From the sequence record PQ871103.1: a stretch of 64,000 nt of DNA; one strand, written 5' to 3'. Source of the stretch: Escherichia phage vB_Eco_ZCEC15. Each line of letters begins with the position of its first letter. Position 1 is the stretch's first letter. Positions 36,958 through 47,749 of this stretch are shown piece by piece. The position numbers and the translations under genes were made by a program. The notes beneath the pieces are model-generated. The model was not told the origin of the DNA. It made no database searches and worked only from the letters and a program-made list of their open reading frames with translations.

Positions 36958-37245
36958 TTAGAACCTCATCTGAAAACCGTGCGATTTAACATTACCGCCG
37001 CCAATATCAGAAATGTTAATTTCACGCGCAATTGAAGGGTCAATGTCAATTTCACGATTGAGTTTAGTGATAGCTAAAGTATCGCGGCCATTTACAGTAC
37101 GGAACTCTAAAGGACATACTACATTAACGTAGTTTTTAATCGATTCGCTGGTAGGTTGCAAATGAGCAGGAAGGTCTTTAGGCGCCTTAGAGAAAACCAC
37201 TTCACAGAAATTTTTGCGGGTGTCAAAATAAGTAGTCATAAACAT
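36958..37245 (-). CDS. Hypothetical protein
   Basis: 95-aa ORF; GAGGAAA RBS. Confidence 0.55.
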   Translation of the reverse strand: MFMTTYFDTRKNFCEVVFSKAPKDLPAHLQPTSESIKNYVNVVCPLEFRTVNGRDTLAITKLNREIDIDPSIAREINISDIGGGNVKSHGFQMRF

Positions 37246-37286
37246 AGTATTTTCCTCAGTAAGGGGCCGAAGCCCCTCATTTTATT

Positions 37287-37664
37287 TTAAATATCAAATT
37301 CGTTAAGAACTACATCAAAGATTGCTTCAAGATGCTCAGGTTTAGCTCTGTTACTCAGAATATGACGAATCCAAGTTTTAACCAGAAGCTTGCGATTAAC
37401 GCCATTCCAGCAAGGATGAGTCCCTAAATCGCGTTGACGAAAATCATCATCCAAAGCGATTTTGAAGTTGGAACCTTCCATTGTGATTGAAACCGTGATG
37501 CCATTTTCAAATCGCATATAAACGTAGTTAGGAGTCATATACTGTTCAATTTCGCATACTGATCCATTTTGATGTTTCCAAAGGCAAATAGTATCAATAG
37601 AACCTGCAATACCATTAGAAACATATTTACGTTCAAAGTTGATGTAGTTCATTTTATTCTCCAA
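37287..37664 (-). CDS. Hypothetical protein
   Basis: 125-aa ORF. Confidence 0.55.
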   Translation of the reverse strand: MENKMNYINFERKYVSNGIAGSIDTICLWKHQNGSVCEIEQYMTPNYVYMRFENGITVSITMEGSNFKIALDDDFRQRDLGTHPCWNGVNRKLLVKTWIRHILSNRAKPEHLEAIFDVVLNEFDI

Positions 37665-37719
37665 GATGTTTAATTGCGGTACAGGTATATAATATCATAT
37701 CCTGTACCAAAGTAAACAA

Positions 37720-38052
37720 TTATTTTACTACTTTCCAGTGCTGCATGTCAAGTTTACCAACTTTTTTCATCTTCTCAATTAAGCGTTCGGCACGTTGGCG
37801 AGCTGTAACATAATACCATTCACCCAATTCATTTTGTTCAATTTTTCCAACGATTACCGTATTCAATTCATAAATCCAACCAGTAAAGAAATTATGAACT
37901 TGAATTGTAAAGGTGAAATCTGTTCCCATACCTTCTGTTGTTTCTACTTCAATAATATCACCTTCAACTGCCATTAAGAACCACATAGTTTCATCATATT
38001 TACCGTTGAAGCATTTAGTTTTAACTGCAGCGTTCAGATTAATTGTTTTCAT
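37720..38052 (-). CDS. Hypothetical protein
   Basis: 110-aa ORF; AAGGAGAA RBS. Confidence 0.55.
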   Translation of the reverse strand: MKTINLNAAVKTKCFNGKYDETMWFLMAVEGDIIEVETTEGMGTDFTFTIQVHNFFTGWIYELNTVIVGKIEQNELGEWYYVTARQRAERLIEKMKKVGKLDMQHWKVVK

Positions 38053-38079
38053 TTTATTCTCCTTTGTTTGTGTAAGATA

Positions 38080-38109
38080 ATACTATCACAAAGGAACCAT
38101 ACTGTAAAC
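38080..38109 (-). promoter_or_regulatory. Putative early promoter (GTTTAC-N18-TAGTAT)
   Basis: - strand GTTTACagtatggttcctttgtgaTAGTAT upstream of the 110-aa ORF. Confidence 0.4.
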
Positions 38110-38138
38110 AACTTTGTGCAGTCTTTGGAAAATAAAAA

Positions 38139-38158
38139 AGGACTCCCGAAGGAGTCCT
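38139..38158 (-). terminator. Terminator hairpin AGGACTCCTTCGGGAGTCCT followed by T-run on - strand
   Basis: Perfect 8-bp stem then TTTTTTATTTT. Confidence 0.7.
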
Positions 38159-38162
38159 CAAC

Positions 38163-38381
38163 TTATGCTTTCTGCTTACCAAAACGAGAAGCATCATCTC
38201 GAAGAACCGCACGTGCTCGGCGCATGATCTTCTCAACAGTTTGATTGATACGAGAGTTCGACCCACGCTTGTAACCAGCGCGTTTAGAATCACCAACTTT
38301 CTTTTCAACTGCTTTCTTTGCTTTAGCTTGTTTTGCCATTATAAATTCTCTTTTAAATGAAAATGCAGGACTTATTGGCAT
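38163..38381 (-). CDS. Small basic protein (30.9-like position); start may be internal Met (MAKQAK...)
   Basis: 72-aa Lys/Arg-rich ORF. Confidence 0.45.
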   Translation of the reverse strand: MPISPAFSFKREFIMAKQAKAKKAVEKKVGDSKRAGYKRGSNSRINQTVEKIMRRARAVLRDDASRFGKQKA

Positions 38382-38533
38382 TGCCTGCGCAAGCCCTCAA
38401 GGGGAACATAGGTTTTGAATATTTACCGACAGGATAACCATAAACCTCGTCAACATTCAAGAGGTACACCGTAAAACAAAGTTCGACGGCTCCTCGATTT
38501 TAGCTCACACTAAGGCAGTGAATCTCCAATAAA

Positions 38534-38782
38534 TTACTTCAGTGTTACCACAAAGTGACGAACTGCTTTTCGTGCAGCAGAAGCCAGTGGCTTAGCATAT
38601 TTAAGTTCATCTTTTTCCTGAAGCTCAGCAGCTAATGCAGTTTGAGCAGGATTCAGATGTTTGAAATAACGCAGGATTTCAAGAGCTTCGGCTTCAACAT
38701 CAATAGATGCGCCATAGTTTTCGTGACCATTATTCCATGCGTTTCGTTGCAGTTCAAGAGCGTGTTGTAATTGTTTAATCAT
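38534..38782 (-). CDS. rIII: rIII lysis-inhibition accessory protein
   Basis: 82 aa; position immediately downstream of gene 31. Confidence 0.7.
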   Translation of the reverse strand: MIKQLQHALELQRNAWNNGHENYGASIDVEAEALEILRYFKHLNPAQTALAAELQEKDELKYAKPLASAARKAVRHFVVTLK

Positions 38783-38908
38783 TTAAAAATTCTCGTTAGA
38801 GATTAAAACTCGGTAGTCACGTTCTTCTGAATTTCATCTTCTTTCGACAGATCTCTCAGTTGTAGACTACCACATAGAATTGAAACCCAATTCATATTAT
38901 TATTTATA

Positions 38909-39244
38909 TCACTTATAAAGACACGGAATAGCTTTATAGTGACAGGTAACGAATTTTTGTTTAATTTCTTTTGGCTGCTTAAGACCCAGAGCTACAAAAG
39001 GATGCGGAACGTTTCGAATTTGACCAACTGGAAGAGAAGTCAAATCACCAACTTCGCAGAAACCTTCAGGAACATCAGGACCAACGGAGTGAACTACACA
39101 CAGTTCAGGAACTTCACCTTGAACACGTTTACCGATAATAAGTCCTGATTCTGTAACTTCTTCATCACCGGCTTGTGCAGGTTCAGAAACTAAAATAACA
39201 TATTCACCGACAGCACGAATTGGTAGCTGTTGTACTTCAGACAT
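38909..39244 (-). CDS. 31: gp31 co-chaperonin (GroES analogue)
   Basis: 111 aa as T4 gp31; MotA-type promoter upstream. Confidence 0.9.
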
Positions 39245-39274
39245 CGTTTTTCCTTTTTGTTAACAGATGAATTA

Positions 39275-39302
39275 ATAATAACAAATAATTCTTAAAGCAT
39301 TT
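39275..39302 (-). promoter_or_regulatory. Middle promoter for gene 31: MotA box AAATGCTTTA, 12-nt spacer, -10 TATTAT
   Basis: - strand AAATGCTTTAagaattatttgtTATTAT 30 nt upstream of gp31 ATG. Confidence 0.6.
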
Positions 39303-39609
39303 ATTTACCAATAAATTGAAGCAAATGCTCAACTTTCATACCATTAACGGAAATCAATTTGTCAATAGAAAAACCTCGCCATGCACCAAGCTCAACATCA
39401 AATACTGGAACCATATCAGTAGATTCTTTCCGAGTAGATTCAGTCAATTTACCGGTTTGCATGGTTGGCATAAAATCGGCATCACGAGTACCTTTCATAG
39501 TACGAATAGTACCATCAGACTTTTCAAAAACTATGTTTGAAACCCCCATGGACAATTTAGTTTTCAAAATTTCACGAATTGCTACTTTTTGTTCAGTTGT
39601 CAGTTTCAT
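39301..39609 (-). CDS. Hypothetical protein (31.1-like)
   Basis: 102-aa ORF. Confidence 0.55.
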   Translation of the reverse strand: MKLTTEQKVAIREILKTKLSMGVSNIVFEKSDGTIRTMKGTRDADFMPTMQTGKLTESTRKESTDMVPVFDVELGAWRGFSIDKLISVNGMKVEHLLQFIGK

Positions 39610-39846
39610 TTATTTACCTATTACAGTTTTAATATGGGTTGTTCCACGTTCTTTAAGAGTGGAAAGCAATTTTTGGCATTTTTCTAAATCAGATTTCCAA
39701 CTATACGGCCTATCAATACTAGTCCAATCAGTTTTATAATACTGTTTCCATTTAGAGAAAAAATACTTCTTATACTCTACAGCAAATGAAATGTTCTCAT
39801 TAGAATAAGAACTAATTGCTGTGAGCTGTACCAAACGAAATTTCAT
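39610..39846 (-). CDS. Hypothetical protein (31.2-like)
   Basis: 78-aa ORF. Confidence 0.5.
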   Translation of the reverse strand: MKFRLVQLTAISSYSNENISFAVEYKKYFFSKWKQYYKTDWTSIDRPYSWKSDLEKCQKLLSTLKERGTTHIKTVIGK

Positions 39847-40427
39847 TATTCACCACAGAATTCGTTGATGTTTTCCCAGTTTAACTTATTCAAGTTTTTC
39901 TTAGGAACATTAAACACTTCAATACCTGCATTTCGCAGAATATCATCCCAGCCAGGTTTATTTTTATCGTATGTTTCGCAATAAACCAGCTTTTTAATAC
40001 CAGATTGAGCTATCGCTTTTGCACAATCTGGGCAAGGAGAAAGTGTTACATACATAGTAGCACCTTCAATTGAAGAACCGTTTCGTGCAGCAAACAAAAT
40101 CGCATTTAGTTCAGCATGAATTTCATTTTTAGACGACCATTCAGAGTGCGCGCTACGGTGTTCTTTCGCCAAGACAAAACGATCAGTTGAACCAAATGAT
40201 ACGCATTCAGGCTTATGACCTTGAATGATAGTATGTTTAGGCTTATTCAGCAACCAACCTTGCTCAGCAGCATAATCACAGCAATTCACACCACCTGCAG
40301 GTGAACCATTATATCCGGTAGAAATAATACGTCCATTCTTTTCAATTACTGCTCCTACCTTCCAGGAGCAACATTTTGATTCTTGCGATACTAAATATGC
40401 AATTTGAAGTACTGTACTCGCTTTCAT
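39846..40427 (-). CDS. cd: dCMP deaminase
   Basis: 193 aa; zinc-binding HAE...PCPDC deaminase motifs. Confidence 0.95.
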   Translation of the reverse strand: MKASTVLQIAYLVSQESKCCSWKVGAVIEKNGRIISTGYNGSPAGGVNCCDYAAEQGWLLNKPKHTIIQGHKPECVSFGSTDRFVLAKEHRSAHSEWSSKNEIHAELNAILFAARNGSSIEGATMYVTLSPCPDCAKAIAQSGIKKLVYCETYDKNKPGWDDILRNAGIEVFNVPKKNLNKLNWENINEFCGE

Positions 40428-40762
40428 TTCATAATCACCAAATAAGCAGATTTAGCAGTTTCAACACGATAAATTTCGTGACGAAGTTTAGTTATACTTT
40501 TAATAACAGAACTAATTATATTCTGCCCATCTTTAAAGCGGTTTTTCTTATCAATAAAAATTGCGCCAACCATCTTTTTGTGAAGCTCAACTGGATACTT
40601 CGTCACAATAATAGCATCATACACAGAAGGATGAATACTATTCACTAGAGTATCATTCATTAAAGTTATTCTAATAAACTGTGCTGTTTCAGAGTCAAGC
40701 GCTCTATGATCGCCAGTATCATTTTCAAGACAATTATCAATTATATCAGTTAAATTCATCAT
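40424..40762 (-). CDS. Hypothetical protein (cd.1-like)
   Basis: 112-aa ORF. Confidence 0.55.
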   Translation of the reverse strand: MMNLTDIIDNCLENDTGDHRALDSETAQFIRITLMNDTLVNSIHPSVYDAIIVTKYPVELHKKMVGAIFIDKKNRFKDGQNIISSVIKSITKLRHEIYRVETAKSAYLVIMK

Positions 40763-40995
40763 AGTACGCCATACACCCTTTGTGCTTCAACTAATCCATC
40801 AAAATCCAATTTGAGATGTGTTATTTGGTCACCATCACCTGGATTCACAATTACTAATACTGAACGAGGAGTTTCGGTAATAACGCGAACCGATGTTTCT
40901 GGAAATCGTTCAGAAACCTTATTTACCAATTCCTGAGCAAATAGTTTAACTTTTTCTTGGAATTCTTTAACAGTAATTGGTTTTTCGCTTAGCAT
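40759..40995 (-). CDS. Hypothetical protein
   Basis: 78-aa ORF. Confidence 0.5.
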   Translation of the reverse strand: MLSEKPITVKEFQEKVKLFAQELVNKVSERFPETSVRVITETPRSVLVIVNPGDGDQITHLKLDFDGLVEAQRVYGVL

Positions 40996-41516
40996 GTTGA
41001 TCCTAGCTCCTTACTTTCAACGTTTTTAACTAATTTGACAGAAACTAATTCAGCATCTCGAGTAATCATTACCGGGCCTTCTTCATACTCTTCAAGATAT
41101 TCTAGAGCTTTCTTTTTAGCTTCTTCCTTCGTATCAGTTTGAGCATAGATATAAAACATGCAACCAGTAATACCTACTACTTTCCACTTAATTTCTTTAT
41201 CAGTTTTAATTTCAAATTTACTGACAGAATCATCTTTTTGAACTTCTTCGAAAAAAGAATATTCTAACATATAAGCAATTGAAAATAACGGGCTAACTTT
41301 ATAAGATTCGCCCATTACATCAACAGCTTTATACCAGCAGTCATCAATTTCGCGTTTAATGCTAATAACATTTTTCGCAGGATCTATTTTTACTTTAAAT
41401 GAATTTTCCCCAATAAACTGGGCAATTCGTTTATTAGCCCCGCAAGTTTCATTAAAAATATCTTTATACCCAGCTTTAAAGCGATAAACCTTATCTTCTT
41501 CAAACCATTCGCTCAT
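40989..41516 (-). CDS. Hypothetical protein
   Basis: 175-aa ORF; early promoter upstream. Confidence 0.55.
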   Translation of the reverse strand: MSEWFEEDKVYRFKAGYKDIFNETCGANKRIAQFIGENSFKVKIDPAKNVISIKREIDDCWYKAVDVMGESYKVSPLFSIAYMLEYSFFEEVQKDDSVSKFEIKTDKEIKWKVVGITGCMFYIYAQTDTKEEAKKKALEYLEEYEEGPVMITRDAELVSVKLVKNVESKELGSTC

Positions 41517-41546
41517 TTCAATTTCCTCATTTGTTTTGGTAGAGCT

Positions 41547-41576
41547 ATAATATCACAACTCTACCGTAAAGTAAAC
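41547..41576 (-). promoter_or_regulatory. Putative early promoter (GTTTAC-N18-TATTAT) with -10 inside inverted repeat GGTAGAG...CTCTACC
   Basis: - strand GTTTACtttacggtagagttgtgaTATTAT. Confidence 0.45.
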
Positions 41577-41578
41577 TG

Positions 41579-41860
41579 TTAAATTGCTTTGAATTCTGAT
41601 GTCTGTGATTCAAAGCGAATATCGCCTTTAATGACTAGCTCAGCATCAAGACCGAATACGACAATGATATGCGCAGAACCTGGATACAGCGTAATGGCAA
41701 TAGAATCCACCTGGTCTGGAAGCAAAGTGTTCAATACATGAGTCACTTGAGCATGAATTCGAAGCTCGGCTGCGTTATCAAGCTTTTCAAACATATTATT
41801 AGCGATAATTTGACTAAACACTACTTCTACGATTTTAGAATAAGTCGGAAACATATTCAC
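41579..41860 (-). CDS. Hypothetical protein
   Basis: 93-aa ORF. Confidence 0.5.
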   Translation of the reverse strand: MNMFPTYSKIVEVVFSQIIANNMFEKLDNAAELRIHAQVTHVLNTLLPDQVDSIAITLYPGSAHIIVVFGLDAELVIKGDIRFESQTSEFKAI

Positions 41861-42049
41861 CCCACATAATTTTCTTCAAGCCAATTAATAACATCCAACG
41901 CATTATCAAAAGTTGAACCATCTACTTTGTCTTCTGTTTCATAATCAAGAACATCTAAGCCTACTCTTCCATCAACAATAGGCCATAAACAAAATAGATA
42001 TTTCTTTTCTTTTTCAATTTTATCACAAAGCCGATAAATCTTTTCTATG

Positions 42050-42057
<8 letters not shown>
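41857..42057 (-). CDS. Hypothetical protein
   Basis: 66-aa ORF. Confidence 0.5.
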
Positions 42058-43472
<1,415 letters not shown>

Positions 43473-43475
43473 TTA

Positions 43476-43700
43476 TTATTTCTCAACCAATGATTGAATA
43501 TAATCATGCAGGTCTTTAGATGCTTTACCCCACTTATTTTGGTATTCATTTTTAAGATTAGCACGTGATTGAGCTAATAAAACATCATTAGTTGGAGGTA
43601 AAGATTCTAATCGCTGAATCTGGCGTCCGTAAATCATTGCAGCCATCTCGGATTCATAAATCAATCCTTTGAGATGTTCAAATTGATGCCATGAAATCAT
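43476..43700 (-). CDS. Hypothetical protein
   Basis: 74-aa ORF. Confidence 0.5.
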   Translation of the reverse strand: MISWHQFEHLKGLIYESEMAAMIYGRQIQRLESLPPTNDVLLAQSRANLKNEYQNKWGKASKDLHDYIQSLVEK

Positions 43701-43996
43701 TTACATTTATCCTCTTTTAACTCTTGACGATAATAACATATCATAGTTTTCTGATCATGTACATATCGTTTTACATCATTAAGCCAAATACGAAATTCCT
43801 GGGAATCTTCGAATGGCATACCGACCCAAGCTTTACCATCAATAACTTTAACTTGCCAGGATAGTTTAGCTTCATCATATGACTTTATTTGTACTGGCCA
43901 ATTAGGATGAACTGTTTCTTTCTTTACTTCTAGAGGCTTTGTCGAACAACCAACTAGAAGACCAATAGATAATATTACTGCTGATAGTTTAATCAT
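43697..43996 (-). CDS. Putative lipoprotein
   Basis: 99 aa; N-terminal signal MIKLSAVILSIGLLVGC with lipobox LVGC. Confidence 0.6.
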   Translation of the reverse strand: MIKLSAVILSIGLLVGCSTKPLEVKKETVHPNWPVQIKSYDEAKLSWQVKVIDGKAWVGMPFEDSQEFRIWLNDVKRYVHDQKTMICYYRQELKEDKCK

Positions 43997-44346
43997 TTAG
44001 AAAGGTCCTGGATGTCTTCTGCGAACTTGTTGAAGGAGTTGTTGATTTGTTTTTCAACCAATCCTGGCTTATGAGCCACCACATCCGCCTTCTTTGCGTC
44101 TTTGCGCAGTTTTTCATTTTCACGCTCAATAGCAGCAATTGCCTCACGATTTTTATTATTCATCGCATCAATATAATTATACTGAATTCGCAAATTATTT
44201 AATGCTAAAGCGTTTTCATTGGCCGTTTTTGTAATTTCTACAACAGACGTTTCTAATCTTTCAATTTTATTTTTTAAAATTAAAGAAGTTCCGCCCAATG
44301 CAATTACAATTAATAGCAAACCTGTTGTCGTATTACTTAATTGCAT
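43993..44346 (-). CDS. Putative membrane-anchored coiled-coil protein
   Basis: 117 aa; hydrophobic segment LLLIVIALGGTSLIL then charged helical region. Confidence 0.55.
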   Translation of the reverse strand: MQLSNTTTGLLLIVIALGGTSLILKNKIERLETSVVEITKTANENALALNNLRIQYNYIDAMNNKNREAIAAIERENEKLRKDAKKADVVAHKPGLVEKQINNSFNKFAEDIQDLSK

Positions 44347-44840
44347 AAAGTTTTAATAACCTCTACAATATCGTCTTGAGAAAGACCGTTAATTAAAATA
44401 TGATGTTCAGCCGGAGATTTAGAAATTTTAAAGCATGCCTCAACATCTTCTGCCATATCTGATGCACTACGATTTGGATTACTAATTCCAAGACGATGTT
44501 TTCCCGTTAAAGGATTAACGATGATATAGCATTTACAGTTGTTAATATGAACATTAGGTTGAGTCTGATTAATGAACACATCACAATCATATTTCGCAAG
44601 CTGATTTTCTAAAAAGACTTTCATCTCCTCAACCGCATCAGGAAGCATATCACGGGCTTGCTCAAGACGACGATTTCGATATTCTTTAATGGTCGTTTTC
44701 CGCTTGACTTGCTTAGCTAAATCTTTCTTAAGATCGGTGATATATCCAACTCGACGATTTCCTTTAAATACAGAAATCCCATCTGTAGTATCACCGTATG
44801 CTTCAACGACCATCTCAGTAGTAATAAGCTGCAAATCCAT
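44337..44840 (-). CDS. alc: Alc-like protein (host transcription shut-off), assignment by size and position
   Basis: 167 aa; between pseT-distal ORFs and rnlA; early promoter immediately upstream. Confidence 0.6.
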   Translation of the reverse strand: MDLQLITTEMVVEAYGDTTDGISVFKGNRRVGYITDLKKDLAKQVKRKTTIKEYRNRRLEQARDMLPDAVEEMKVFLENQLAKYDCDVFINQTQPNVHINNCKCYIIVNPLTGKHRLGISNPNRSASDMAEDVEACFKISKSPAEHHILINGLSQDDIVEVIKTLCN

Positions 44841-44847
44841 TATAAAG

Positions 44848-44901
44848 TCCTCATGTTATGTCAGTAAGATTATTATAACACAACACGAGGGACTTGTAAA
44901 C
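44848..44901 (-). promoter_or_regulatory. Early promoter-leader cassette, copy 2 (identical to 29280..29333)
   Basis: Exact 54-nt identity; starts 1 nt after rnlA stop, ends at GAGGA 7 nt before the alc-like ATG. Confidence 0.7.
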
Positions 44902-44904
44902 AGC

Positions 44905-46492
<1,588 letters not shown>

Positions 46493-46500
46493 AATAAAAT

Positions 46501-46514
46501 GGGCCTTGCGGCCC
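46501..46514 (-). terminator. Hairpin GGGCCGCAAGGCCC plus T-rich tract after nrdB
   Basis: GC stem-loop 6 nt after nrdB stop. Confidence 0.6.
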
Positions 46515-46519
46515 ACTCC

Positions 46520-47698
46520 TTAAAAATATTTTTTAAAACTCATCATAACTTTATCATCAACATCATTATCAATCTGTGCTACAAGATAAGATGACAGTTC
46601 TACTTCTTGTGGCGCTGATTGAACATTATCAGAATTAAGATATTCACGAATCCAAGGATATGGATGTTTAACCGGAGCATCGGTAATTGGGCATGGAAGA
46701 CCACACTGTTTCATACGAGATACAGTTAAGTAATCAATAAAGCTCCACATGCTATTTGTATTTAATCCAGGAACATCGCCGTCTTTAAATAAATGAACTG
46801 CCCAGTCTTTTTCTTGGCGGTTAACTTCCATGAAAATATCAACTGCTTCTTGTTCACACTCTTGAGCAATTTTAACCCATTCATCACCATCAGTGCCAAG
46901 TTGAAGTTGACGAATAATATATTGGGTGCCTTTAAGGTGAAGTTGCTCATCACGTGCAATGAACTTCATAATCTTGGCATTACCTTCCATGATTTCCATG
47001 TTCTTATGGAAGTTAAAGGTACATGCGAAAGATACGTAAAAACGAATAGCTTCTAAGGCATTAATAACGTGCAAACAGAGGTAAAGAGATTTCATTAAAG
47101 CACGTTTAGCTTCGGCTTCTTGTTTAATAGCTCGGTTTAAACGAAAGACAGCATCAGGAGATTCTTTAGCTAGTTCTACAAATTCTTTAGCATTTTCCCA
47201 TTCACGGGTTTTAATCAGAACATCATCATAATAACGCCCAATGGATTCAGCACGTTTCATAATAGCTTCATCTAATACAATCTCATCAAATACCTTCGAT
47301 GGATCAGTATAAAGATTTCGCATGATATGAGTATATGAACGACTGTGAATAGTTTCACTAAAAGTCCATGTAGCAACCCATGTATCAAGACTTGGGTCTG
47401 AAATTAATGACATAAGTACAGCAGACGGTGCACGACCCTGAATGCTATCCAAAAGTGATTGATACTTCAAGTTGTTAGTAAAAATATTCTGCTGATACTG
47501 AGGAAGTTTATTAAATTGTGCAGCATCCATCATTAAGTTTACTTCTTCGGGACGCCAGAAAAATGATAATTGCTTTTCGGTTAAATCTTCAAAAACTTTA
47601 TGACGTTGAATATCATAACGCGCAATACCAAGACCTGAACCAAAAAACATAGGTTCTTTTAAAACATCAACTGGATTTGTATTAAAAACTGTGCTCAT
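46520..47698 (-). CDS. nrdB: Ribonucleotide reductase small subunit NrdB (uninterrupted, no intron)
   Basis: 392 aa continuous ORF with di-iron ligand motifs. Confidence 0.95.
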   Translation of the reverse strand: MSTVFNTNPVDVLKEPMFFGSGLGIARYDIQRHKVFEDLTEKQLSFFWRPEEVNLMMDAAQFNKLPQYQQNIFTNNLKYQSLLDSIQGRAPSAVLMSLISDPSLDTWVATWTFSETIHSRSYTHIMRNLYTDPSKVFDEIVLDEAIMKRAESIGRYYDDVLIKTREWENAKEFVELAKESPDAVFRLNRAIKQEAEAKRALMKSLYLCLHVINALEAIRFYVSFACTFNFHKNMEIMEGNAKIMKFIARDEQLHLKGTQYIIRQLQLGTDGDEWVKIAQECEQEAVDIFMEVNRQEKDWAVHLFKDGDVPGLNTNSMWSFIDYLTVSRMKQCGLPCPITDAPVKHPYPWIREYLNSDNVQSAPQEVELSSYLVAQIDNDVDDKVMMSFKKYF

Positions 47699-47749
47699 AA
47701 ATTTTCCACTTAGTTAATAGTTGGTGACTCGTCCGTGAGTCAAATTATA

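Noticed and set aside
46520-47698. Possible group I intron in nrdB, as in T4
   Set aside because: The ORF is continuous over 392 codons with all expected motifs; no interruption is visible.
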